A stretch of 64,000 nucleotides of DNA from a candidate division FCPU426 bacterium (GCA_040756875.1 JBFLYH010000001.1:1388299-1452298), one strand, 5' to 3'; positions 48,490 to 57,895 are shown, counted from the first letter of the stretch. Notes: generated by a model not told the origin, from the sequence alone. Made by a program: numbers and translations.

Positions 48490-49860
48490 TCAGGCTTGGT
48501 TTTTAGGAGGGCGTTGGATGCCATAGCGACGCAGGAGTTGGTTGAGCTGCTCCCGCGCCAAGCCCATGGCCCGGGCTGCTTCGGAAACATTGCCCTGGTG
48601 TTTTTGCAGGTAACGGCCGAGATAGTCGCGATGGAAATCCCGCAGCAATGCCTCCTTGGCCTGGCGATAGGGCTGTTCCCGTTTTTCCGCTGATCCGGAA
48701 TTCGCGGGGCGCCCGGCTGCCTGCATCTGAAAATCCCGCCAATGCAAGACGCCGTCCGGGCATTGCTGGGCCGCGGCTTCCGTGCGCTTGCGCAGTTCGC
48801 GCACATTGCCTTCCCAGGCCAGGCTGCCCAGCCGGACGTACACCTCCGGTTCCACCCGGGTGACGGGCTGTTTGAGGCGCGGGTTCAACTCGGCGAGAAA
48901 ATGTTCGACCAAGAGCGGTATGTCCTCGGGATGTTCGCGCAAGGGCGGCAACTGAATCACCTGCCCCTTGAGCCGCTGGTATAAATCCTGGCGGAACTGG
49001 CCGGCTGACAAGAGGCTGCCCAACGGTTGGTTAGTCGCCGCCACCACCTGCACATCCACGCGTACCGGCTGCCGCCCGCCGACCGGATGGAACTCCCGCC
49101 GCTCCAGAAAGGTCAGGAATTTTTTCTGCTGGTCCGGGGGCAATTCCCCGATTTCGTTCAAAAACAGCACTCCGCCGTGAGCCTGCGTCAACCGGCCGGC
49201 CCGGCTCGCTTCCGCGCTGGTGAACGATCCCTTCTCATGGCCGAAGAGCTCGCTCTCGAACAGCGCCGGCGGGATATTGGTGCAATCAAGCATGACAAAG
49301 GGGCCGTCACGACGCGGCCCCAGGCGGTGGATCATGGCCGCGGCCAGGTCTTTGCCCGTGCCGGTCTCGCCCAGAATCAGCGTATCCAGACCTTTTTGCG
49401 CGCTTTGAAAAACTTGCATGGTCGCGTCGAGCATGGCCTGCGATTTGCCCACGATCCTGGCCTCCCATACGGCCGTCGGCGAAGGCCGGGGCGCGGCAAC
49501 GGTCAGCCGCTTCAGTTTGGCCGCCAATTCCGCCAGGTCGATCGGCTTGGTGATGAAATCCGCGGCGCCGGCCTGCATGGCCTCCAGCAACAGCCCTGAA
49601 TCCGGCTGCCCGGTGATCACCAGCACCGGCGGCGAGTTGTCGCCCAGGTCCCTCCGCACGCCGCGCAAAACCTCGAGGCCTCCCGGGCCTTGCCCCAGAA
49701 AAACGTCCAGCAGTAACGCTTCCGGCGGCTGGCTGCGGACCGCCGCCAGCGCGGTTTCCGCATCCTGGGCGGTTTGCACCTCGAACCCCTCCCAGCGCAG
49801 CCGTTCCACCAGCAGGTCCAGGATATCGGGGTTGTCGTCCACAATCAGGATCTTGGCCAT
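48490..49860 (-). CDS. NtrC-family sigma54-interacting response regulator (REC-AAA+-Fis HTH)
   Basis: REC (IVDD, LLDV, KP), Walker A GETGTGKD, ESELFGHEKGSFTSA, FRQDLYQRL, WEGNVREL, and HTH GNVSEAARAMGL. Confidence 0.92.
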   Translation of the reverse strand: MAKILIVDDNPDILDLLVERLRWEGFEVQTAQDAETALAAVRSQPPEALLLDVFLGQGPGGLEVLRGVRRDLGDNSPPVLVITGQPDSGLLLEAMQAGAADFITKPIDLAELAAKLKRLTVAAPRPSPTAVWEARIVGKSQAMLDATMQVFQSAQKGLDTLILGETGTGKDLAAAMIHRLGPRRDGPFVMLDCTNIPPALFESELFGHEKGSFTSAEASRAGRLTQAHGGVLFLNEIGELPPDQQKKFLTFLERREFHPVGGRQPVRVDVQVVAATNQPLGSLLSAGQFRQDLYQRLKGQVIQLPPLREHPEDIPLLVEHFLAELNPRLKQPVTRVEPEVYVRLGSLAWEGNVRELRKRTEAAAQQCPDGVLHWRDFQMQAAGRPANSGSAEKREQPYRQAKEALLRDFHRDYLGRYLQKHQGNVSEAARAMGLAREQLNQLLRRYGIQRPPKNQA

Positions 49861-49875
49861 GTCAATTCCCCCGAT

Positions 49876-51240
49876 TCATTCGCCGGCCGGAAGGGTCAGC
49901 GAAAAGGTCGTGCCCTGCCCGGGCGCGCTGTCTGTCACGCGCAGTCCGCCGCCCATGACCTGGGCCAGTTGGCGGGCAATGGCTAGCCCCAAGCCCGTGC
50001 CCTTGACTCCGGGCTGCAGGCGGACAAACGGCTCGAAAATGCGTTCCCATTCCGGTTCCGGTATCCCCGGCCCCTGGTCCTGCACCTGCAGCGTCACCGA
50101 ACGCTCCGAGCATGCGGCCTGCAAGCGGACCGGCGTGCCGGCCGGCGAAAACTTCAGGGCATTGCGGACCAGATTGAAAAGCACGCGCTTCAACTGGGCC
50201 GGATCCGCCAGAACCCGGCAGCCGGCCGGCGAGAAAACGCTCAGGACTTGGCGCTTGGCGGCCGCTTCCTCCTCGAGGGCATCGCAGACCGCCTCCAGCA
50301 GCGGCCCCAGTTCGACCACCTCCGCGTGGATCGGCATCCGCCCCTGGATGAGGCGTTCATGATCGCCGAGGTCGCCGATCAGGCCGACCAGGGCTTCGGC
50401 GTTCTGCTGCGTGACGGCCAGGTTTTTTTCCAGATTCTCCGGCGGCTGCCCCTGGCGCAGCTTGAACAACTGGTTGTCCAGTTTGCCATGGATGACCGTC
50501 AGGTAGGCATTGGCATCGTGGGTGATGGCCGAAAGCATGGCGGATTTCTGGTTTTGCTCCTGGCGCAGGCGTTCCTGGGTCTGGTTTAAGACCTGGTTTT
50601 TTTCCAGAACTTCGCGGTGAACGGCCGCAAGCTGGCGGTAGAGCCGGTTGAGCAGGAGCAGCGCCGCTCCCAGGGCGGCCAGGACCACCCCGCTCAGCCA
50701 GGTGGCCAGCAGGATATTGTTCTTCTGGGCGATGAAGGCTTCCAGGGAAAAAACCACGGCCAGCAACGTCGGCGGCCCCGTCTGGCCCGCCGGAGGCGGG
50801 GTCGAAAAACCAAAGTACAGGTGCCTCGGCAATCTCAGGCCCTCGGTGTTCTCCACCGCCGAATCCAACAGCCCCGGGGCCAGCCCTGCGGACTGTCCCG
50901 CCTCAAGAATACGCTTGCCGTTCGACCAGTAGGCCACGTACTGGATGTTGGGAATCCGCGACAGCAGCATGACGAAATTGAACATGTTTTCCGATTGGCC
51001 GCGGAAAATGGAATGCATGGAGCTTTCGTTGATGCTGCGGGCCAGGGTTTGCAGGGAATGCAGCTGGCTGCGCTCCATGGCGCGCAGGTTGAGCAGCACC
51101 GCGGCCATCAAAATTCCGGTGCCGGCCAAGAGGCCCAAGCCGAGCGCCCACAGCACCGGGTTCCCCTTCACCGTACGGATGGCCGGCGCGGTTTCCGCGC
51201 GCGGGGGCGTCTCACTTGAGGAGGGTTCGGACGTAGGCAT
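49876..51240 (-). CDS. Membrane sensor histidine kinase
   Basis: Two TM helices, H-box ITHDA, N-box NLVRNALKF, DQGPGI, F-box, GTGLGLAI. Confidence 0.92.
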   Translation of the reverse strand: MPTSEPSSSETPPRAETAPAIRTVKGNPVLWALGLGLLAGTGILMAAVLLNLRAMERSQLHSLQTLARSINESSMHSIFRGQSENMFNFVMLLSRIPNIQYVAYWSNGKRILEAGQSAGLAPGLLDSAVENTEGLRLPRHLYFGFSTPPPAGQTGPPTLLAVVFSLEAFIAQKNNILLATWLSGVVLAALGAALLLLNRLYRQLAAVHREVLEKNQVLNQTQERLRQEQNQKSAMLSAITHDANAYLTVIHGKLDNQLFKLRQGQPPENLEKNLAVTQQNAEALVGLIGDLGDHERLIQGRMPIHAEVVELGPLLEAVCDALEEEAAAKRQVLSVFSPAGCRVLADPAQLKRVLFNLVRNALKFSPAGTPVRLQAACSERSVTLQVQDQGPGIPEPEWERIFEPFVRLQPGVKGTGLGLAIARQLAQVMGGGLRVTDSAPGQGTTFSLTLPAGE

Positions 51241-51559
51241 ACGTCGAATACGTCAATCCCAGGCCGGCCGCCAGGATGTAGAACATGGACCAGGTTTTGT
51301 ACTGGTACATCCGCAGCAGCAGGGTGCGGGACTCGTTTTGCAGGTATAGGGGGGACAGGGTGTGGTATACGTGATAATGGTTGTAGGCGCACAGTACCAG
51401 CGCGACCGCCCCCAAAGCCGACCCGATCCAGTAGGGACGCTGTTTGAGGGCCAGGTTGATCTTGCGCACGGCCAGGGCGTGGTAGACCAACGCCGCGGCA
51501 AAGAGCAGGAAGCTCACTTCGTAGAGAAAAAAACTGGCCCGGTACAGAAGATCAAGCAT
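51212..51559 (-). CDS. Small 3-TM membrane protein
   Basis: 115 aa with three hydrophobic helices; overlaps the kinase start. Confidence 0.7.
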   Translation of the reverse strand: MLDLLYRASFFLYEVSFLLFAAALVYHALAVRKINLALKQRPYWIGSALGAVALVLCAYNHYHVYHTLSPLYLQNESRTLLLRMYQYKTWSMFYILAAGLGLTYSTYAYVRTLLK

Positions 51560-51560
51560 G

Positions 51561-51917
51561 TCAGTCGTGCCTCCGGGACAGGTAGGTCAGAACCCGCCAG
51601 AAACGGTAGCATCCCCACCAGCACAGTCCGGCCGACCACACCAGCAGCGCGTAGCCGATCCATTGTTCCACCGGGCCCATGTTCTCGTGTTGGAGCGAGG
51701 CCATGGCCTGCAACAGCAGGTAGGCGAATACTCCGGCCGGCGCGATGAAATAAAACGGCCAGTGGGTCACCAGCTGGTACGCCTGCTCAAACCGCCGGGC
51801 CACGAAGCCCATGAGCCCGAACCCGATCCACAAAACCGCCCCGGCGAGGATGGCGGTGTAGCTGGTGACCGTGACGAACCAGAAATGTTCAAACGGCAGT
51901 AGCGTGGGTCCGGGCAT
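51561..51917 (-). CDS. Small 3-TM membrane protein
   Basis: 118 aa with three hydrophobic helices; tight operon spacing. Confidence 0.7.
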   Translation of the reverse strand: MPGPTLLPFEHFWFVTVTSYTAILAGAVLWIGFGLMGFVARRFEQAYQLVTHWPFYFIAPAGVFAYLLLQAMASLQHENMGPVEQWIGYALLVWSAGLCWWGCYRFWRVLTYLSRRHD

Positions 51918-51923
51918 GCGGGT

Positions 51924-53285
51924 CTATTTTTTCTCCAAACTCATTTCGATTTCCCGCGCCATGAGTTCGGCGGCTTCCGTGCCCAGAATCAGGCGCGCGG
52001 ATTGAAAAAGGAGATCACTGATGTTTTTCAACTGGGCGGGATTCAGGCCGCGCCCCGTGGTTTCCACCTTCTTTTTTTCCCGCTCCAGCAGCGCCCGGCC
52101 CAGGAAACCCATGTGTTTGTTGGCGATGAATTCCAACGCGGCCAATCCCTGCGGCGGCTGGGGCTCGGCAACGGCAGCCACGGGTTCCGCAGGGCCCGCG
52201 CCTTCGCCGGGCAGTTCGTTGAGCCAGGCCATGTTCTCCTGATAGGCAGAGCTGGGCGGCGGAACCTTTCCCCAGTCCGCCTGAATGTCCAGAATCAGAT
52301 CATCGGCCTTGAAGCTGAGGATTTCCTCCTCCTCGCTTTCCTGGAGCGGAGCGGCCGCCGGAGCCGCCACCGGAACCACCGGGGCGGGGGCGGGTTTTTC
52401 CTCGGCTGCTGCCGGGACCGCGGGCTGGCTGGGTCCGAGCACGGTCTGAGCGTCCACCGGCGGCGGCAGGACGCCTTCGATAATGTCCATCAGCAGTTCG
52501 GGCACGCCGAGCCAGGACAACACCTCCGCCTGACCGGTCACCAACTGCCTCTCCGCGAAGGTGTAGCCGCCCAGGAAGGCACCTTCATGAAACAAGGCCA
52601 GCGCCACTTCCAGGTCCGAGCCCTTGCGCGTGTAGGTCTGCCGGTTCAGCGCCTCCTCCAAGTCCTGGGGGCGGATGGCACCGGTTTTGACCAGCGCGTC
52701 CCCCAGGCGCAGGGCGCCCTCGCCGGAAAGCTGCAGCCGGATGGCGTCGCGCAGCTGGTCGGCGTTGATTTTATTCAGCTTGAGCAGGAGGTTACCCAAC
52801 CGGGTGTTGTTGCGGATGCGGTAAAAGCGGAGGGTGCCGGTGAACCGCTTGCGTGCGAAGGTGGCAAACAGCTTGGGCAGGTCCAGAAAAGTGGTTTCGA
52901 GCTCGCGGTGGGCCGGTGCCCGGGAGGCCAGGGCGCCGAGCGCCTCCAATACCCCCGGGTCCAGCTCCCCCACGTTGAGGACCGTTTCCCGTTCGCTGGC
53001 GCCGGTGCTTAAAAAATGGCGAATGACCTCCGGCGGGGACAATTGCAGGTCTTCGGTGCCTTCGTAAAAGCCGTTGCGGATTTGGCCGCGGTGAAACAGG
53101 AGCAATCCGTGCTCGTGCGGCGCCAGCAACTCGACGTAGCCGCTGAACGCCGGGACCAGAAGCTCCTCAAGCAACCCGGCGAAACGCGAACTGCGGTAAT
53201 TGAGTTTTTCGTATTTGAGTTTACCGTTCGGGATGAATAATTGGGGCCACAAGGCGTCGACTCCCATGAGGATTGAAAGGATCAT
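51924..53285 (-). CDS. Cytoplasmic protein with tandem MshEN c-di-GMP-binding motifs and DUF4388/PATAN-like segments
   Basis: RLGNLLLKLNKINADQLRDAIRLQ and RLGDALVKTGAIRPQDLEEALNRQ; FSGYV..L/FTGTL segments. Confidence 0.7.
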   Translation of the reverse strand: MILSILMGVDALWPQLFIPNGKLKYEKLNYRSSRFAGLLEELLVPAFSGYVELLAPHEHGLLLFHRGQIRNGFYEGTEDLQLSPPEVIRHFLSTGASERETVLNVGELDPGVLEALGALASRAPAHRELETTFLDLPKLFATFARKRFTGTLRFYRIRNNTRLGNLLLKLNKINADQLRDAIRLQLSGEGALRLGDALVKTGAIRPQDLEEALNRQTYTRKGSDLEVALALFHEGAFLGGYTFAERQLVTGQAEVLSWLGVPELLMDIIEGVLPPPVDAQTVLGPSQPAVPAAAEEKPAPAPVVPVAAPAAAPLQESEEEEILSFKADDLILDIQADWGKVPPPSSAYQENMAWLNELPGEGAGPAEPVAAVAEPQPPQGLAALEFIANKHMGFLGRALLEREKKKVETTGRGLNPAQLKNISDLLFQSARLILGTEAAELMAREIEMSLEKK

Positions 53286-53325
53286 ACCACCGGCCGCAGG
53301 CGAGCGTCAACCGGCGAATGCTTCC

Positions 53326-56265
53326 CTATCCCGGCGCGGCCAAGGCCAGCTGCGGCAGCCGCTCCTGCCAGGTGACCGGGATTTTCAGGATCACTCCCTG
53401 CCGTTCGAACAATAAATACCCGTATTTCAGGCCGAAAAAGAACAAATTCCGGGTCAATTCCACGTCGGCCCGGCAATATTGCTCCAATAGGTCCCAGCGG
53501 CCTTCCCGAAACCAGGCGATGGCCTGCAAGCCTTCCGCGGTTTTGCCCTGGTTGAGCGTGGCCCGCCCCAAATGCTCCAGGGACAGCCGGTGCCCGAGCG
53601 TCTGGCGGACCTCCTGGGCGATATCCAGGGTTTTGATCCTTTCCAGGAATTTCCCGTATGGCTTGAGCACTGTCAGGTCAAACTGGTTGATATTGAACCC
53701 CACCACCAGGTCCGCGGACAGCAGGTGCTGGATCAGCGCGCCGGCCTGTTCTTCGCGGTAGGTCGTATACGCCCCGGTGCTGTGGTCGTACGCCACAGCC
53801 AGCGAGAGCCCCATGAGGTCCGCGCGGTCCCACCCCCCCACCTCGGCCGCGCTGCGCTGGGTCTCCACGTCGAAAACCACCAAATGGAACGGCCGAGCGG
53901 CTGCCAGTGGCTCCGGCGAAACGGGCTCGGGCTGGTTGAGGACAGGCGGGCCCGATTCGGGAGCAGAGGACTGCAATATACCCGACTTGGACACACGCCA
54001 GTCGCCCACGGTTTCGCGCGAGGCGGCTGCCAGCAGCATCTGGCAGGCCTGCTTGTCCAGCGGCTGGTTGCGGCTGCCGCATTTGGGCGAATGAATGCAG
54101 GCCGGGCAGCCTTCCTCGCATTCGCAGCGGCTGATCATTTCATGGGCCGTGCCCAGCCACTCGGCCAGCACTTCCCTGCCCTTGGCCGCCAGCCCCACGC
54201 CGCCGGGGAAACCGTCGTAGATGAACAAGCAGGGCTGGGTGACCTGGGGATGGGCCAGCGTGGAAAGCCCGCCCAGGTCCCAACGGTCGCACAGCACGTG
54301 CACGGGCAGGCTGGCGATCAGCAGGTGCTCGGCCGCGTGCAGGCCGCCGGCGAAGTCCAGGCCGAATTCCAAGCTCCGCTTCCGCCAGGATTCCGGCACG
54401 GTCAGGAGCATGGCCTGGGTTTCGAACACGCGCGGCGGCAGGTTGAGTTTGTGTTCGGACAGCAGGGACTGGTCGCGCACGCGGCGGCGCTCGTAGGACA
54501 CGATCTTTTCCGTGACCCGCACGCGCACCACGCCGGCCTGGAAACGGCCGGTCGAGCCTTCCACCCGCTCGTTGGGCGCCAGGCCGAGGATCTCCACCTC
54601 CTCGCTGCTGGTGTACTGGGTGTACCAATCCGCGTCCGAGGCTTTGACCAGCACGGTCCGGCGGTCGAAGTCCAGCCCGATGACCTCGTACTGCTGGCCC
54701 GCGTGCAGATAGACCGCGCCCTGATGGCACTCTTTGAACACGCGCGACTCGTCGATGCTGCCGAGCAGGTCCCCGTTGCGTTCCAGCTTGATGGCAAAGC
54801 CATCGCCCACGGAACGGATGTCCAGCAGGCGGTGGGGATGCTTGCGGCTGCAGAACCACTGGTTCCCTTCCCCGGCCTCCTGCAAGTCGCCGGATGCCGT
54901 CAGTCCCGGCGCCTCGGCCAGGGCCGCGGAACCGAGCACGGCCGCGTCCGCCGCAACCAGGGGCTGTTCCTTGGCCGCGCACGGCAGGTGCTGCCGCAGC
55001 ACAAAAATGTTTTCAGGATCGAGCACGCAATTCTCAAACTTTCCGGCCAGGAAAACCTCGGGATGGCGCAGGAAATAATGGTCCAGCGCGTCCGGCAGGG
55101 CGATGAGGACCATGAGCGCGTCGCGCTGCTGCCGGCCCGCGCGCCCCACCCGCTGCCAGGTGCTGATCATGGTGCCCGGATATCCCACCAGCACGGCCGC
55201 ATCCAGGCCGCCCACGTCGATGCCCGATTCCAGGGCGCTGGTGCTGATGACCGCGGCCAGTTCGTCGCGGAACAGGCGCTGCTCGATCCTGCGGCGCTCC
55301 TCGGGCAGGTAGCCGGCGCGATAAGCCGCAATCCGCTCGCCGTGGCGCGGCGAAGCCTCCCGCACCCAGATTTGGATGAGTTCCGCGATCTTGCGGGATT
55401 TGGTGAACAGGATGGTCTTGACGTTGTGCTCCAGGCATTCCTGCAGCACGGCCGCCGCCTCGGCGTAAGGGCTGCCTTTGGGATCGAGCAGGATCACGTG
55501 GCGCCCCTGCCGGGGGGCGCCGCTCTGCTCGATGACCGAGAACGGCAATCCGCTCAGGTTTTCGAGGAACTCCCGGGCATTGGCCATGGTGGCCGAACTG
55601 GCGACGAAAGTCGGGCCCGGCTCGCCGCACAGGCGGCGCAGGCGGCGCAGAATCTGGGAGACATGGGAGCCGAAGATGCCCCGGTAGGTGTGGGCCTCGT
55701 CAATGACCACGAACCGCAACTGCCGGAAGAACTGGCGCCACGCTTCGGGATAGGCCAGCAGGCCGTAATGCAGCATATCGGGGTTGGTGAACAGGACGCG
55801 GGGCAGGCGGCGCTTGATCCGCCCCCTGGCCGCGGGTGGTGTGTCGCCGTCGTAGACTGCGGCTGAAAGCGACGGGTCGCCCACCTGCTCAAAGAAGGCG
55901 TTCAGGGTTTTCAGCTGGTCCTGGGCCAGGGCTTTGAGCGGGAACAAATACAGCGCGCGCGCCTCCGGGTCAGCCAGCAGCCGCTCGCCGACCGCCAGGT
56001 TGTAAATCAGGGTTTTGCCCGAGGCGGTCGGCGTGGTGACGCCGGTGTGCTGGCCTTGGCGCAGCTGGCGCAAAGCCTGGGCCTGGTGGGAATAAATTTT
56101 TTGAATGCCCGCGGCGGCCACGGCCCGCCGCAGCGGTTCGGGACAGGTGTCGTCCAGCTCCTCAAAAACCGGCGGCTGGGCGGGCAGATACTGGTAGTGG
56201 GCCACGGATTCGGCAAACGCGCTCGTCCGCACCAGGCGGTCGACCAGCGAGTGAAAATCTTTCAC
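53326..56265 (-). CDS. DEAH-box helicase with DUF1998 Zn domain (MrfA/SftH/Hrq1-like) fused to an RNase H-like 3'-5' exonuclease
   Basis: TASGKT, DEAH, SAT, QRVGRAGR, C.C..GCP.C, then VFDVET...GFN...FD...YC..DV. Start chosen at GTG 56265, overlapping the upstream stop (GTGA). Confidence 0.9.
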   Translation of the reverse strand: MKDFHSLVDRLVRTSAFAESVAHYQYLPAQPPVFEELDDTCPEPLRRAVAAAGIQKIYSHQAQALRQLRQGQHTGVTTPTASGKTLIYNLAVGERLLADPEARALYLFPLKALAQDQLKTLNAFFEQVGDPSLSAAVYDGDTPPAARGRIKRRLPRVLFTNPDMLHYGLLAYPEAWRQFFRQLRFVVIDEAHTYRGIFGSHVSQILRRLRRLCGEPGPTFVASSATMANAREFLENLSGLPFSVIEQSGAPRQGRHVILLDPKGSPYAEAAAVLQECLEHNVKTILFTKSRKIAELIQIWVREASPRHGERIAAYRAGYLPEERRRIEQRLFRDELAAVISTSALESGIDVGGLDAAVLVGYPGTMISTWQRVGRAGRQQRDALMVLIALPDALDHYFLRHPEVFLAGKFENCVLDPENIFVLRQHLPCAAKEQPLVAADAAVLGSAALAEAPGLTASGDLQEAGEGNQWFCSRKHPHRLLDIRSVGDGFAIKLERNGDLLGSIDESRVFKECHQGAVYLHAGQQYEVIGLDFDRRTVLVKASDADWYTQYTSSEEVEILGLAPNERVEGSTGRFQAGVVRVRVTEKIVSYERRRVRDQSLLSEHKLNLPPRVFETQAMLLTVPESWRKRSLEFGLDFAGGLHAAEHLLIASLPVHVLCDRWDLGGLSTLAHPQVTQPCLFIYDGFPGGVGLAAKGREVLAEWLGTAHEMISRCECEEGCPACIHSPKCGSRNQPLDKQACQMLLAAASRETVGDWRVSKSGILQSSAPESGPPVLNQPEPVSPEPLAAARPFHLVVFDVETQRSAAEVGGWDRADLMGLSLAVAYDHSTGAYTTYREEQAGALIQHLLSADLVVGFNINQFDLTVLKPYGKFLERIKTLDIAQEVRQTLGHRLSLEHLGRATLNQGKTAEGLQAIAWFREGRWDLLEQYCRADVELTRNLFFFGLKYGYLLFERQGVILKIPVTWQERLPQLALAAPG

Positions 56266-57032
56266 GTTTGGCTGCTTTCCGTGGCCAGCGGCCTGGTCAG
56301 GGTCCGCCACAACCGCCCGGGTTCGTCGGTGGTGATCCGGTCCGCACCCAGGGCCATCAGCCGCCGGGCCCAAACCGGATCATTGACCGTCCAAACCATG
56401 GGCCGCATTCCTGCGCCCCTCAGAATGCGGAGAAAATCACCGGCCAGGCGCCACTGCCGGTCAAAGGCCCGGAGCCAGGCTTGGTTGAGGAACACTGCTT
56501 CCAATTTGACCGCCCAGTGAAACGCCAGCAGCTTGGTCAGCAGCCGCCGCACGGCCGGGCGGGTCCGCGGCCGCGGTTCGCCATAGGCCGCGTCGCAGAG
56601 CACGCCCAGGCGGAGGTGCGGATCCAGGCGGCGCAGGCGGCGCAGAAACCCGCCGGCCAGGGCGGACACGACCGCGCGGCGCGCCATGCCGTGGTCCTTC
56701 AGCACGGCGAGCAGGCGGCTGGCCGTGATCGCAGCCTGCCAGCCGCCGTCCGCACGCAAGGCTTTGACGTCCAGATGCATGGTCGCGCCCGTAGGCCTGA
56801 CTTGCCGCATAACATCATCGAGGGTGAGCACGCTGCCGGGCAGCGCGTCCGCTGGCCATTCGTGCACCTGGCGGCCCTGGCATTCGGGGTCGTGCTGGGC
56901 GATGATCAGGCGGTCCGAAGTGGCGCGAAGGTCGCACTCCAGCCAGAGGCCGGGAATGGACCGTCGCCAGTTGAGGGCGCGGCGCAGGGCGGTCAGGCGG
57001 TTGAGCCGGTGCGCGATCAATTTAGGCGCCAT
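56262..57032 (-). CDS. Glycerophosphodiester phosphodiesterase (GDPD) family protein
   Basis: IAHR, ECD, HD, LDVK and WTVND...GAD.ITTD.P. Confidence 0.8.
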   Translation of the reverse strand: MAPKLIAHRLNRLTALRRALNWRRSIPGLWLECDLRATSDRLIIAQHDPECQGRQVHEWPADALPGSVLTLDDVMRQVRPTGATMHLDVKALRADGGWQAAITASRLLAVLKDHGMARRAVVSALAGGFLRRLRRLDPHLRLGVLCDAAYGEPRPRTRPAVRRLLTKLLAFHWAVKLEAVFLNQAWLRAFDRQWRLAGDFLRILRGAGMRPMVWTVNDPVWARRLMALGADRITTDEPGRLWRTLTRPLATESSQT

Positions 57033-57816
57033 GGAGGGACATCCGTTGCAGAAAATTCCTCACTGCCTGGTTGAACGCTTCGGGTTGCTCCTGGGCGGCC
57101 AGGTGCCCGGCCCGCGGGATCTGCCGGAAAACCGCCCCCGGAACGGCCGCGGCCAGCTGCTCCATGCCCGCAGGCGGAGTCACCGTGTCCTCGGCGCCGC
57201 AGAGGACCAGGGTGGGGCAACGGATGGAGGCCAGAAGCGCGGACCGGTCGGGCCGCTGGCCCATGGCCAAGGACAGCTGGGCCAGGCCCTGGGCGTGTTC
57301 TCTTTCGACCAGGGCTTGCGCCGCGCGCACCAGTTCCGGCTGCTCCCGGTGCGTGGTGGCGCCGAACAGACGGCTGACGCGTTCCTTGAGCACGCCCGCG
57401 CCTTTTTGCTTGAGTTCTTCCGCGGTTTGGGCGCGCTGGAGCACCGCCTCCGGCGGATCCGCCTCGCTGCGGGTGTCCGCCAGGACCAAGCCCATCACGC
57501 GCTGGGGCGCCAAGGCGCACAGGGCCAGCGCCACATAACCGCCCAAGGAGACACCCAGCGTCACGACCCGGTCTAATCCGAGCGCATCGAGCAAAGCCGT
57601 CACGTCCTGAGCCAGGAGTTCCAGGCTGACCTCCCTGGCCTCGGCCGAACGGCCGGTGCCCGGATAATCCACGAGGATCAGGCGGGCCGCGTCAACCAGG
57701 GCGCTTTGGCGGGAGTAAAAAGCATGGTTGAATGGGAACGGCGGCAGGCACAGGACAGGCAGCCCCTGGCCTTGCACAGAGAAATACAGCTTTGCCCCGC
57801 GACTGGTCCAATACAT
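57022..57816 (-). CDS. Alpha/beta fold hydrolase
   Basis: D.PG.G.S, nucleophile GVSLGG, PTLVLCGAED, AGH...EQPEAF. Confidence 0.9.
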   Translation of the reverse strand: MYWTSRGAKLYFSVQGQGLPVLCLPPFPFNHAFYSRQSALVDAARLILVDYPGTGRSAEAREVSLELLAQDVTALLDALGLDRVVTLGVSLGGYVALALCALAPQRVMGLVLADTRSEADPPEAVLQRAQTAEELKQKGAGVLKERVSRLFGATTHREQPELVRAAQALVEREHAQGLAQLSLAMGQRPDRSALLASIRCPTLVLCGAEDTVTPPAGMEQLAAAVPGAVFRQIPRAGHLAAQEQPEAFNQAVRNFLQRMSLHGA

Positions 57817-57895
57817 GATCAGACCCTCTGGGATGGAGTGCGCCTGCCGGGCGGAGTCCGCTTCCAGCGGGCGGATTCTTCGTCAGCGTTCGGGC

